The notes beneath the pieces were generated by a model that saw only the letters and a program-made list of their open reading frames with translations, searched no databases and had not been told where the DNA came from. From positions 401,760,001-401,824,000 of the forward strand of contig OZ024740.1 in the NCBI GenBank assembly GCA_964016885.1: a stretch of DNA of 64,000 nt, given 5' to 3'. Shown in pieces: positions 1 to 13,489 of this stretch. The stretch comes from Eledone cirrhosa. Taxonomy: Eukaryota. Position 1 is the first letter of the stretch; each line of letters opens with the position of its first letter. A program made the translations under genes and the position numbers.

Positions 1-379
1 TGGTTAAAAGAGTTCCATGTATTTTATTATGCGCATTGCAAAATCAAATATCATCATGGGATGATACCTGCGTTCTCATCAGATAAAATAGGGAGACATG
101 ATATGACGTTTAAAAAACACTTGCGAGCAGCGAAGTGTTAAATCTACATATTATAAATAAAATAAGATGGATATATGAGATTGGGAGAAAAAGAAGGAAG
201 GGGGAAGGAAAGGTAAGGAAGAGGAAGAAAGAAAATAAAGGATGACGGGGGAGGAGTATAAGAAGGAAGGATGAGAAATGAGTGAGAGAGAGATAGCCTT
301 TAATACTGAGAAACACTGTCTCACAGAGAGAAATAAAAAAAAACCGTTGTAAGATAATACATAATATACTTAATATATA

Positions 380-656
380 AGGAAAAAAGATGAAATAGAA
401 AATGCAACTGGAGTCTTTTAAAAAATATATATATTTATTTGGTTCCTTTACCGGTTTCACAGTTCTTCTGCCTTTCAAAAGTAGAATTGAATTAGAGGGT
501 TTGTGGTTTTTCTCACTGAGAAAAACCACAAACCCTCCATCTCAATTCTACTTTTGAAAAGCACAAGAACTGCGAAACCGGTAAAGGAACCAAATAAATA
601 TTTTTTTTTTTTTAAAAGACTCCAGTTGCATTTTCGATTTCATCTTCTTTCCTTAT
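380..656. mobile_element. Fold-back repeat with two inverted minimal HHR-like motifs (446-481 -, 551-586 +); third copy at about 51237-51382
   Basis: Imperfect inverted repeat centred at ttctcactgagaa (~516). Each arm carries ctt TTGAAAA gcag aagaa ctgc GAAAC cg GTA aag or a close variant. Confidence 0.7.
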
Positions 657-861
657 ACTTTCCCTCGTGTAGGACACCTCGTTTTTTTTTCATTTTGTAA
701 AAAAACCTCACTTTCTAATACTTAATATATATATATATATATGTGTGTGTGGGAGTGTGTGTGTCTGCGTGTGTATGTGAATTTTTCCTTGGGCTCTGAA
801 CTCCTGATCGAATTGTTACATATTGTATGTTTTAGGATTTGAATGAAATTGCTTTAAAAGT

Positions 862-970
<109 letters not shown>

Positions 971-1223
971 ATATTATTATCTTTTGACCTCTCTCTCTCA
1001 CTCACCTATACCTATATAGTTTGTCTACCATAGAAACTTACGTACACAGTTAATTATTTACTCATAATATTTCACATAAGATACGAATCCGTATGGATAA
1101 GAACATATGTGTGTACATTTGTATGTTCTTGAATACACACAACTATAAACTGAGCGTATGTTTAAAAATACGTCTATGTTGCTACCTAAATACGTACATA
1201 CACTTCCATCTATATGTATTTGC

Positions 1224-1254
<31 letters not shown>

Positions 1255-1350
1255 ATCCACAAATTATTTCATATACACGCTTGTACACATATACACATAT
1301 GTGTGTGTGTGTGTGAGTGTGTGCGTGTATGTGTGTGTGTGTGTGTGTAG

Positions 1351-1407
<57 letters not shown>

Positions 1408-2937
1408 CTATGTGTGTGTGTCTGTGTGCGTGTAAGAGTGTAAGTATTTATGTATGTAGGAATGTTTACTTACATACCCTTTTATACATTTACTTGTCTG
1501 CTGACAGTTCAGAAGCAGAAGTGAATCATTGAAAAGTCAAGTTTGACTTTACAAACACAAGAGTTACGTAAACAAAGCTAGAAAAATATTTTGGACGATT
1601 TCTTCCAGACACTGTATAATCTGCAACTACTTTCAGGAAAATCCTGCCAACTGCAGCAAACAATATTCTTTTCACAGATACATGTTAACGTTGTTTAACC
1701 TCAGATCACAGATATTCAAAACACAATTCATCTTTGGTAGCTTCCCAATCTTTTAGAACGATAAATTTTATTGTATGTGTTTTTAGAGAAACTAAAACTT
1801 TCTTACATACATATACATAATATGAAATGTATATATATATGTATGTATAGAGAGAGTGAAGGTGAGAGATAGTGTGAGAGAATCGGAAGCTCGACGAATT
1901 TCCAGTCGATTTTGACAATTAGTGTCCCATTTATATGCTCAAAGGAACGTCCTATATATGTCTCAAGTTCCATTTACCGGTACATTGACAAAGTGATGTT
2001 TATCATATGATCGAGTTAACTCGTTATATATATGGAATCAATTACACGGAGACTTCTGTGTTTCCGTCTATTTGATCCCATATGTAAGCCTTGGGTTAAC
2101 TTGTAATTATGAATACAGAAAGCAGCAGGAGCTACACATTTATGCAATTGTTCAAAATGCTGCCAGACAGCGGCTATGTACAGGAGACTCGTCTTTGTGC
2201 TTGGTTGCGGAAAGAGTTTTTCTCCGGCTCTCTGTTGTATTGTCTCATATAGATCTTTCCGGCGGCTTATTCTAAGCTGTCACGCAGCCTGGGATAAATA
2301 TTAAGCAATGTAACCCTTATTCACGAAAATGCATTGCCTAGTGGGTGGCTGATGAAGAAGTTATTGCTTTAGTACGTTTGTCCCACGTATTTCAATTCAT
2401 CTCTTTCGTGTGGAATGTTGTGCTCTAACGCTACACGCTCATTCGTAGATTAACGTATTGCTTAGTGCAAAACTTTGTCCCTACCTCTATTCAAGTTTGC
2501 ATCTGTTTTTTTATTTCTTGCTTCACATGGTTTAAGAAAATAGATCGATAAAAATTATACAAATCTTGATAATACTGGGGTCGGTATGATTGACTAAATC
2601 ACGATGGCCATAGACTGATGACTAAAACCAGGAAAATCATAGGTACAGCATCCTCCTCCGGTCATAAAACATAGAAAAGAACAAAACAAAAACAAAAACA
2701 ACTAAAGATTATGGGGATACATTCCTATACATTAAAAATGTGTATATATGATGGTCGAAGTGGGTAGACTTGTTGGTAAACAACTACGACATATAGACAT
2801 GTAATAGTATATAAATGTAGATGTAATAATGTGATCAGTGGATCTGAAAAATATTTATGTAAACACAAGCATATATATAAATATACAATTACATATCTAT
2901 GTGGGTGTAAGTGTGTGGGTTTGTGTGTATACGTATA

Positions 2938-2969
<32 letters not shown>

Positions 2970-2975
<6 letters not shown>

Positions 2976-4957
2976 GAAACACACAGATACATGCGGACAC
3001 ACACATATATACATGAATGCATCCGCACCCAACTGCGAGTTAAGGGTGCCAACTTCACCGATGTTGCTCAATGAATGACTGGGACAGACCAATTCAGTTT
3101 GAACCAGACTGAACCAGTATCAGAGTTAAAAATACATTATGAAGAGAGAAGAAACATTTAGATATAATTAGTAATAAAATGTATCATACCTAAACTGCTC
3201 CTAAATTCCTCGACTACGTAGTTTCGTGGCATAAACAAAAACAATATATCAAAGATATAGAGTCCTTGCGAGGTCTGCCAACTTATCAAGAGGATACCTC
3301 ATTTTACTAGTCTCAAGAACGCGTCTACACGACGTGAGAAAGAATCCCAAAAGGCGGAGGGGGAGATAGTCACGCGATATAACGGTCGAGAAACAGAGCT
3401 AAGCCTCTTATAACCACGAAGAAAATACCACGGAGGCGGAGGGGGTATTCATATCGAGGCCGTAGAAGTGGTAGTGAAGAAGGCGAGAAGTACGAGTAAT
3501 GGAAGCTTTCCAGTTGTCCCCACACTTCAAAGATTGCTCGACGAGAGGGAGTTATTAATATATTTAGAAACACACAGATACATGCGGACACACACATATA
3601 TACATGAATGCATCCGCACCCAACTGCGAGTTAAGGGTGCCAACTTCACCGATGTTGCTCAATGAATGACTGGGACAGACCAATTCAGTTTGAACCAGAC
3701 TGAACCAGTATCAGAGTTAAAAATACATTATGAAGAGAGAAGAAACATTTAGATATAATTAGTAATAAAATGTATCATACCTAAACTGCTCCTAAATTCC
3801 TCGACTACGTAGTTTCGTGGCATAAACAAAAACAATATATCAAAGATATAGAGTCCTTGCGAGGTCTGCCAACTTATCAAGAGGATACCTCATTTTACTA
3901 GTCTCAAGAACGCGTCTACACGACGTGAGAAAGAATCCCAAAAGGCGGAGGGGGAGATAGTCACGCGATATAACGGTCGAGAAACAGAGCTAAGCCTCTT
4001 ATAACCACGAAGAAAATACCACGGAGGCGGAGGGGGTATTCATATCGAGGCCGTAGAAGAGGTAGTGAAGAAGGCGTGGTATTTTCTTCGTGGTTATAAG
4101 AGGCTTAGCTCTGTTTCTCGACCGTTATATCGCGTGACTATCTCCCCCTCCGCCTTTTGGGATTCTTTCTCACGTCGTGTAGACGCGTTCTTGAGACTAG
4201 TAAAATGAGGTATCCTCTTGATAAGTTGGCAGACCTCGCAAGGACTCTATATCTTTGATATATTGTTTTTGTTTATGCCACGAAACTACGTAGTCGAGGA
4301 ATTTAGGAGCAGTTTAGGTATGATACATTTTATTACTAATTATATCTAAATGTTTCTTCTCTCTTCATAATGTATTTTTAACTCTGATACTGGTTCAGTC
4401 TGGTTCAAACTGAATTGGTCTGTCCCAGTCATTCATTGAGCAACATCGGTGAAGTTGGCACCCTTAACTCGCAGTTGGGTGCGGATGCATTCATGTATAT
4501 ATGTGTGTGTCCGCATGTATCTGTGTGTTTCTAAATATATTAATAACTCCCTCTGGTCGAGCAATCTTTGAAGTGTGGGGACAACTGGAAAGCTTCCATT
4601 ACTCGTACTTCTCGCCTTCTTCACTACCTCTTCTACGGCCTCGATATGAATACCCCCTCCGCCTCCGTGGTATTTTCTTCGTGGTTATAAGAGGCTTAGC
4701 TCTGTTTCTCGACCGTTATATCGCGTGACTATCTCCCCCTCCGCCTTTTGGGATTCTTTCTCACGTCGTGTAGACGCGTTCTTGAGACTAGTAAAATGAG
4801 GTATCCTCTTGATAAGTTGGCAGACCTCGCAAGGACTCTATATCTTTGATATATTGTTTTTGTTTATGCCACGAAACTACGTAGTCGAGGAATTTAGGAG
4901 CAGTTTAGGTATGATACATTTTATTACTAATTATATCTAAATGTTTCTTCTCTCTTC

Positions 4958-4960
<3 letters not shown>
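2970..4960. mobile_element. 591-bp hammerhead-bearing unit: about 1.9 tandem copies followed by about 1.5 inverted copies (retrozyme/Penelope pLTR-like)
   Basis: Near-identical period of 591 bp (2975 vs 3566). Orientation flips at about 4075. (TA)n on both flanks. One HHR-like motif per unit. Confidence 0.8.
4213..4300 (+). ncRNA. Type I hammerhead-like motif with variant core; equivalent copies at 4804-4891 (+), 3207-3294 (-), 3798-3885 (-)
   Basis: tcctc TTGATAA gttggca...tgccac GAAAC tacgta GTC gagga: stem I tcctc/gagga, stem II tggca/tgcca, palindromic loop III. Core is UUGAUAA rather than CUGAUGA. Confidence 0.65.
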
Positions 4961-5025
<65 letters not shown>

Positions 5026-5047
5026 TATATACGTATACACACAAACC

Positions 5048-5149
<102 letters not shown>

Positions 5150-5199
5150 TATATATATTTATATGCCTATATATTCATTTTTCCATTACCATTACAAGG

Positions 5200-5283
5200 G
5201 GTCTGACGAGCCGCGGATACAGAGTCGGGTCAGATCGATACAGATCGAACCTTGAGCTGATCAGTGGCAGAACGCGCGTCACC
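5200..5283 (+). ncRNA. Hammerhead-like motif with a ~55-nt stem II insert; relatives at 5821-5904 (-), 47497-47581 (+), 3' half near 40515-40545 (-)
   Basis: ggt CTGACGA gcc...ggc AGAAC gcgc GTC acc. The 40.5-kb copy keeps the canonical ggc GAAAC GCGC GTC acc. Confidence 0.62.
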
Positions 5284-5435
5284 AACCAATAAACGTAATG
5301 AAGTAGTAACCAATCGTCCTTGTTATTTTATTTCACTATATTACACTCTGTATAGCTCTACACCTCGACACCGAAGTGAACCTAAACATCGATTTCCCAT
5401 CCGGGTGAACCTACAGTAACTCCAAGTTACACTCC

Positions 5436-5485
<50 letters not shown>

Positions 5486-6243
5486 AGCGACTGTAACGTG
5501 AAGTTACTGTAGGTTCACCGCGATGAGCACTCCATGTTTAGATTCATGTCTGTATCGAGGTGTAGAGCTAAAATCTATTCAAAAATGTATCACATCTGGC
5601 CGAGTTTACACTCGCAAATAAGAAGAACCAGGGCCGCCCCTAGGAGCATAAGATTTGGTGAACTCCATATTTGTTTAGGTTGCTGAATACAATCAGGGTT
5701 TGCTGTTTCTCCCGAACGTCAATAGTACTCTTCTAACTCGAGACGGGAGCGCCTTTCCATTGTCAATTTCCATTGATCATCTGCAAAGCCGCATTGTTCT
5801 CAGAACCACTACACCAGTCTTTCGATGCGCGTTTTGCTATTGATCAGCTCGCGGTTCCATCTGTATCGATCTGGATTGACTCTGGAATCAAAAGTTCGTC
5901 GGACATATATGTTCATTCTGTCATTACAACAGCTGAGGTCCGACGGGGTTTTGTCTCTAGAGTCGTGCCAGATCGAACCTTGAGCTGATCAATAACAATA
6001 CTGGCCGAAACCTATCAAAGTTAGCTAAGTTATTTATATATATATATCCTTGTATTATTTATAAGTGTGAGAAAAAGTAGTCAATACCGAACATGATTTT
6101 AAATATTCATTTAATGTCTGATGTTCGAGTGTATGTTCAGGTGAAACTGCAGATTAACAAGTTTTACCTCTTAACCATAATATGAATATATATATATATA
6201 CACCCGCCCACACACACATATATATATACACATATATATATAT

Positions 6244-6331
<88 letters not shown>

Positions 6332-6481
6332 CGGAGGAAATGTGGTAAGGAACCAGGTGGACCATAACGCACCAAAATACTCAATATTTAGTAGAGTGGG
6401 TAATAGGAACGAGTAGGACCCCGACGGCTGAGCTCAAGCCGTCGAAACGGCTTGAGCTCAGCCGTCGGGGTCCTACTCGTT

Positions 6482-6550
<69 letters not shown>

Positions 6551-6957
6551 GTGTGTGTGTGTGTGTATGTGGCTGTGGGTGAGTATGTGTGTTAAGAATG
6601 AGAGACGAAATTTCAATTTAGTATATTTTATCCGTAATCATGTGTAACAGGTGTTTCGCTAAAAGAAAGCCTCAAGCAACAAGCAACAACGAATTCAGTG
6701 TTGAGCTGCATGTTACCGATATTTTACATAATTTCTTCTGGCTCAGAACTGTGCGATTACAAAGTAAATATGTTGATTTTAAACTTCGATCTCATTCCTC
6801 ATATAAATACTTCACAACTTACAAAGAGATGACGGTAATAACTTCCACATTTAAATACTGAATATCGAATCCCAATAGAAGTGTAGAATGCTGAATACGG
6901 TATCATCTTTAATAATTATTATATTACAAATCATCTGACATTTTAAACCTGTGTGTG

Positions 6958-6994
<37 letters not shown>

Positions 6995-8023
6995 TTAAAT
7001 ATTTAAATATACTTTAACTTAGTGGTCCGGCCAATAGACATCAAGTAATTGATATACTGAGAGCGATAAATCTGAAATCCTTGAAAGGGCTGATCAAAAC
7101 TCATATCTCGCTCTCTTTTTCGTCTTTTTTTTTTCTCTATCTCCCTATTGTAACTGCGTTTCAGACAAATTACTTTCACAAAAGTATAAAGTTTGATTAC
7201 TAGCACCATAGCCATCACACTGACACAGACTCGTGCGTCCTTATCACTCACAACCCCACATCTACATACACCTGAATGCGCATGCTCATAAACTGCTATA
7301 TATGCCCACAAAAAATACAAAAAAAAAGTTAAACTCTTTCTTTGCAGGAAAACTCAACGAAATTTCCTTCAAGTCTTATAATTTATTTGAAAATAACAAA
7401 ACACCATTTTTTATGAACAAGATAATGACATTCTACCTACATACATTATATCTGTAAATATGACGGGATGTTCATGGTTGGGTGGTCTTCTGTAACAGAA
7501 CTGCTCAATCCAGCTTGACCTGTGGACAAATCATCGACCACACCATCTGCAAAATATTTGAATTACATCAGTTGAAATACAAATGAAGATATATAGAACA
7601 AAATAAAATATATAAATAAACAAATAAATTAATAAATTAATAAGCAGATGATTAATGAATGAAATAGAGTTTCATGATATAAATAAATTGTATCAAAACA
7701 CTGGTATTTATATTATCGAGCTCAGAAGAATGAAACGTTTAGAATATCCCTCCTCGATTTGAACCGAAAAAGTCACGTTATCGTGTACTCGTCCGATTCT
7801 ATCCTGTACCGTATATATTTGACATATCTATTCGGGGTTTCCCAAATTTGACTTTTGTTTTCTACTTGCGGTATTGGTTTGAGCAAATTAAGTTATGTTA
7901 CTGCCTTTTCTGCCTATAGGTACAAAAAACGTTATTTCTACATCCTCCACAATAATTATAAACAATACAAACTGCAGGGAATGGTTTAAACAAGGACTCT
8001 TTTGAACTCTTGACTATATTATA

Positions 8024-8122
8024 CAGTGTCCCCTCAAAAATATATACACACTTCAACACCATTCTAATAAATATTGCCAGTACAGGTAATGAAATTGTGT
8101 ATGCATTTTTAAGGACACCCTG
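8024..8122. mobile_element. Small Tc1/mariner-type MITE
   Basis: ta|cagtgtcccctcaaaaatatatacaca ... tgtgtatgcatttttaaggacaccctg|ta: imperfect ~27-bp TIRs with a TA target duplication. Confidence 0.6.
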
Positions 8123-8550
8123 TATAATTATTAACTCTCATCATTATATAATTGTTAACTTTGCCTTTCATCCTTACGGGGTTGATAAAATAAAGTACCA
8201 GTAATGTACTGGGTAATTGCTGGCCTTGTGCCAATAGTAGGAACAATTATATAATTGATATGTAGGCAAGAGTATCAACGACACCATCAACCACAAAGAT
8301 GATATTTGATACACAGAATATGAACACCATATCCATGAAGGCCACACCCATGTTCAGCATAAAACACAACAATAATTATATTATAATATATCGTGTCACA
8401 GAGGGACCAAAAACGGTTACTCGGCTTGCTAGATATAATAACCAAATTTCCAACAAATCAAACACTAATGTCTTAAAGGAGGATTACACGTTTGAAACAT
8501 CAATCAAACATGTGTCAAAGTTGATAAGGAGCTAAACAACCAAAAAATCA

Positions 8551-8593
<43 letters not shown>

Positions 8594-9239
8594 GTGCGTA
8601 CGCGCGCGTCTGTTTGTATTTGTATGCATGTAATAATCAAACAAGCACAAGCAGAAAAATTTACAATACATTGGAATCAAAATATAAGTTGTTCAAAAAT
8701 TCACCCCACATTACAATGCTTTACTATTTGAATTATTCACCCAGCAAATATACAAAGCTAAAGATCCAACTTTGGGATGACCAGAACGAAGCAAGCAGCA
8801 GTTGACGGCTGTCTCTTCAATATAGTGGTATCTAAGGAAGATAGAACTGTAGCAGGATTCCTAGAGACTCACACACCTATTATTTCTTCTTGAGAAATAT
8901 TGATTTTCTTTTTATTTAGAAATATTCTCCCACTCAAGCACTTACACACATACACAGATATATACGTCCTGCGCACACACGCACGCATATAACATATGTA
9001 TACTCTGTATTGACTTTCGCCACTCTCTCTCAATCTGTTATGCACTCACTCGATTCAAAGTAATTGTTTCTCTCCTTCGCTCTTGCTGTTATAACAATGT
9101 AAGTTTGTGTACGTGTGTTAGTATGGTTATCTCTGTTGCAATGAAGCGTATAGTATAAACCAGATGGCCATTCAAATTCAAACAGAATACACACACACAC
9201 GTACCTGATTCTATGTCTGTATGGATGTCTGTTTATATG

Positions 9240-9274
<35 letters not shown>

Positions 9275-9568
9275 ATCATAATCACCGTTTTACGTCCGTT
9301 CTTTCACGCTAGCATGGGTTAAACGGGTTGTCCTGTTGCGGGCAATGTCCGGTCGGCTGACATTGTCTTGCTCATACGGGAACTGATTGTGGCTTGATTT
9401 CTACAGTTGGATGCCCTTCCTAACACCAACCTCATTTACAGTGAGTGATGGGTGCTTTTTTTCCGTGGCGCCCACATGTCCATTTTACAGTGTGGGCTGG
9501 GTGTTTTTTTTTTGTAGTGGTACCGCCACGACCACTTTGCAGTTCATATTGTCTATATGCTTCAGCTT

Positions 9569-9665
9569 AAAAATATGGAATGCTTCACGAATTTGCGTGT
9601 CATCCTTGCGCAGCGGCCATGCTAATCTTCTCTGTTTCGTTCCAATTTTAGAATATGTGCTGCCG
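9569..9665 (-). pseudogene. U6: U6 snRNA copy, missing about 10 nt at the 5' end; probable pseudogene
   Basis: Reverse complement reads CGGCAGCACATATTCTAAAATTGGAACGAAACAGAGAAGATTAGCATGGCCGCTGCGCAAGGATGACACGCAAATTCGTGAAGCATTCCATATTTTT. It has the ACAGAGA box, about 4 substitutions versus canonical U6, and its 5' side abuts (TA)n. Confidence 0.92.
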
Positions 9666-9767
9666 TAATATATATATATATATATATATAAACGTTTGTA
9701 TATGTATAATAAAGCCAAAACAATGCAGGTATTTATATATATATATATATATATAAATACACACACA

Positions 9768-9806
<39 letters not shown>

Positions 9807-9865
9807 AGTGAGAGAGAGAGAATGGAAAACGAAAAGTCAGTGATGCATCGGAACTCAATTTATTG

Positions 9866-9955
9866 CGTGTTACATTTGTTTCCCCGGCGAACAGCTCGAG
9901 GTGCGATCTGTGTGTGGATCGACCTGACTCTGGATTCACAGGTTCCTCGGACACG
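9866..9955 (-). ncRNA. Hammerhead-like motif with U4C core and long stem II insert
   Basis: Reverse complement: cgtgt CCGAGGA acc...ggg GAAAC aaat GTA acacg; perfect 5-bp stem I; insert resembles the 5200/47497 family. Confidence 0.55.
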
Positions 9956-10040
9956 TCTATTGATTTCGGAGCATATCCTCCGTAGGAGCATAGAGTGCTC
10001 AACCGACATACCGCCTATGGAAGCATCCTAGCTACCATTA

Positions 10041-10137
<97 letters not shown>

Positions 10138-10426
10138 AGAGAAAGAGGGAGAAAGAGATGTCTAAATCTAAAGTTTAAGGTTCGTCTCAAGCCAGAATTC
10201 TCGTCAGGACGGTATTTATCCCGGTTTCGTGACGTTAGGCAACTGAGAGTACACCCCACTGGACGGGACGCCAGTTCTTCACAGGCTGAAGACCCTAACT
10301 ATTGCTGGTACGCATTTACATATCTCTATAACCACTCTGCATCTCCCCATGCCTTGAGTACTCCCATGATTAGTGGTCTCATCGGTCTCATCACTCCCTA
10401 CTCTCTTTCTCTGTCGGTATCTCTGC

Positions 10427-10501
<75 letters not shown>

Positions 10502-10752
10502 TATATATATATATATATGCATATATATGATGAAGAGATAGATATGGGGAAAGAGTCAGGACCCCGACAGCTGAGCTCCGGCCGTTTCGACAGCTAGATC
10601 CGAACAGTTCGGATCTAGCTGTCGAAACAGCCGAAGCTCAGCCGTCGAAGTTCTGACTCTTTTCATATTACCCACTTTAATACCCTAAGTATTGAGTACT
10701 CTGGTACGTTATGGTCCACCTGGTATCTTACCACACCCTCTTTGTTAAATAT

Positions 10753-10808
<56 letters not shown>

Positions 10809-10810
10809 TT

Positions 10811-10868
<58 letters not shown>

Positions 10869-10883
10869 TTAGATAGATAGATA

Positions 10884-11658
10884 TGTTTCTTTTATTTGCC
10901 ACTAGGGCATCAAAAGTGGGACAAGTACAATGGGGGGAGTTTACACAAAAAGGCGTCCTCAATAAGGAGGAGGCAATAACAAAATATAAAAATAAAATAA
11001 GATATAACAAAAAATAAAATTTATAACAAAATCCTCAATAGAGAGGAGGCGCCTTGGGGGGTCGCACACACCCCCGAAAAAAGTGTGCAACCCTTTTCCT
11101 CAGGAGCACAGAGAGGGGGTGCTCCCTCGTTCCTTCCTCTTTTCTACCTACAGGCTCATGTAAAGAGAAGGCCCATTCACACGGGCCATTCTCGCCACTT
11201 TCACCCACCTTTCATAAAAACGACTGGGGTGCAGCACCTCTCTCTCCATCCTGATCCTTCTTCCGAAATGATATCGGAAGAAACGGACCAGTTGTTGGCC
11301 AGAGAGAAAGGTGCCTGACCTCAGTCCTTTCAGACGCGTCCACCATACAACCTCTTTCGCCATGGCTATTATGCACAGAAACACCGCCTCTGCTTCATCT
11401 TTGATGGGGGGAGGCGGCTTGATCATTACAATAGACTCGGTGGTCAACCGGATCGGTCCCACCCTTGACAGCAGTTGTTCGACATAGCCCCACAGATCGG
11501 CTACGCCCGAGCAGTGTACCAATGCGTGTGCAACGGTTTCCTCGTCGCACACGCATCTGGGACAGATCTTTTTGGCGGGGTCCCTACCCGTGCGCCCGTG
11601 TCTGTAGAGCCTTTCTCGAACGGGTAAAGCCCCTCGGTAGCACTGCCAGGCCAGGGAC
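10884..11658 (-). mobile_element. Tx1/L1-clade non-LTR retrotransposon, 5'-truncated 3' end (ORF2 zinc-binding C-terminus plus 3' UTR)
   Basis: GC-rich island. The minus frame is open as SLAWQCYRGALPVRERLYRHG...KKICPRCVCDEETVAHALVHC...LWGYVEQLL... to a stop at 11148, with the CPxC..ETxxH..xC (zf-RVT-type) motif. AATAAA lies near the 3' end, and (GATA)n flanks both sides. Confidence 0.85.
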
Positions 11659-11689
11659 TAGATAGATAGATAGATAGGTAGATAAATAA

Positions 11690-11784
<95 letters not shown>

Positions 11785-13150
11785 GATAGATAGATAGAGA
11801 ATTGGATAGATTAGTTTTTACCCAACTCAACAAACAAAATGCTTTGCCCACTTTATTCTGTATATGCAGATCCTGTGAATGCCAACCTTGCCTTTCATTC
11901 AGCCGGGGTCGGGAAATCACTATTCCTAAAGCCCGTTAATATTTCTAGTATTACGCCGCAACGTACGGTATTTCTCCACAATAGATAAGAATGATGATTC
12001 AGGCTCGGGTGAGTGCAAATAAATCGTCCATCATGACCACCTTCCGAGTTCAGCTGTGCTCAGTTCATATCTGTTATCGTTCATGGAACTGGTCCACTTA
12101 AAAGATGGTCAACTATAGCTCTTTTACAGAAATGGACAGAGAGCATGTGTATGTGTACGTCTGTCTTTATGTGTATGCGTTTATGTGTGTCGGTGTGTCT
12201 GTGTCTGTGTTTAATCAGTCGAATTTTACAGAACGCCAAATGTAATTCTTGTATTGGTGATTCTACGACAAAGGTCTTTCTCCAGACTTTAGTGATCGGG
12301 GCCGGAAAATTGGAGTAGGTACTTTAAAATAAAATATTTTGTGTGGGCAATCTAATTCACAATAATTCGTAGGTGGAGTTTCGGAATAAGCATATCAAGG
12401 GGGGGGGGGCCACACACAACAACAATCCTTGGCGACGGACCGACTATGGTCACCGGCAATAGACAGCGTAAGAAGAAACAAAATGTTTCACCAGCAGTTA
12501 CAGGGCACAACATATAATTTACAATATAATGAACAAAAACGATAAATAGAGAGACACACACACTCACAATCATAAACATATACATAATCCTTTGCGCATC
12601 ACAAAATGGGCAAGCCTCTTTTAGATATGGCGTATAGTTAATAATTTACTTATTTACTTAGATTACAGATGAGATTCAAGTAAAATTGCTTGTAAATATA
12701 TTCGCCGTAATCACTGCACAAATAACATAAAATATCACTCCGATTTAAACAGACAAACATTCGATGCCTCAACCTACGTCTTCCTGTCACTTTTTCTCAA
12801 AGCATATTTTCCGTTCCTTCCTCTTCTCACTCTACATGTATATTTCTTCTTTTATTTCTCATTCTATCCAGTGATGAAGGACTAGTGCCCGAAACATTAG
12901 GACTCTTTTCCTTAAACTTGTATATTTATTCATTGTACTGTGCCGTTTGCTTTATTATATCTGATTATTTTTCCATTTATATATACATACATACACACAT
13001 ACACGCACTTAATACACATATACATATACATACACACATATATGTATAGTATAAAAGAGAAAACACAGGTAAGCATTAAGAGAAGGATTTTATCCAGGTA
13101 TTTACGACCGTTTCATTGAACTGGATCACAATAAGCAATTTTCTGCTTCC

Positions 13151-13204
<54 letters not shown>

Positions 13205-13489
13205 AAAGTTTCAATATAAAAACAATCCAATGATATATCATTGAATTTTTTAAATATATATATAAGCTGGCAGAGTGGTACCGGGAAAAAGATGTGAAGT
13301 AGGTTGGAGTGTATTGTACTACTGCAAGAAGAGGTATGATCAGGATTATCAGTGTGAAACTAATAAAAACATTATTCGAGAGGACTCGATACTTAGAGTG
13401 TATCTATATTAGAGAGTCGAGGCTCGATGGCTGAACACTTACAAATTCGACAACAAATCTCAGATAAATATATACTATATATATGGAAG

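Noticed and set aside
2341-2390. CTGATGAAG followed by a weak stem and GTC-ccac
   Set aside because: The GAAA half of the core is missing; too degenerate to call a hammerhead.
3370-4728. Repeated 63-75 aa ORFs within the 591-bp unit
   Set aside because: Short, no recognisable domain, and duplicated only because the DNA unit is repeated.
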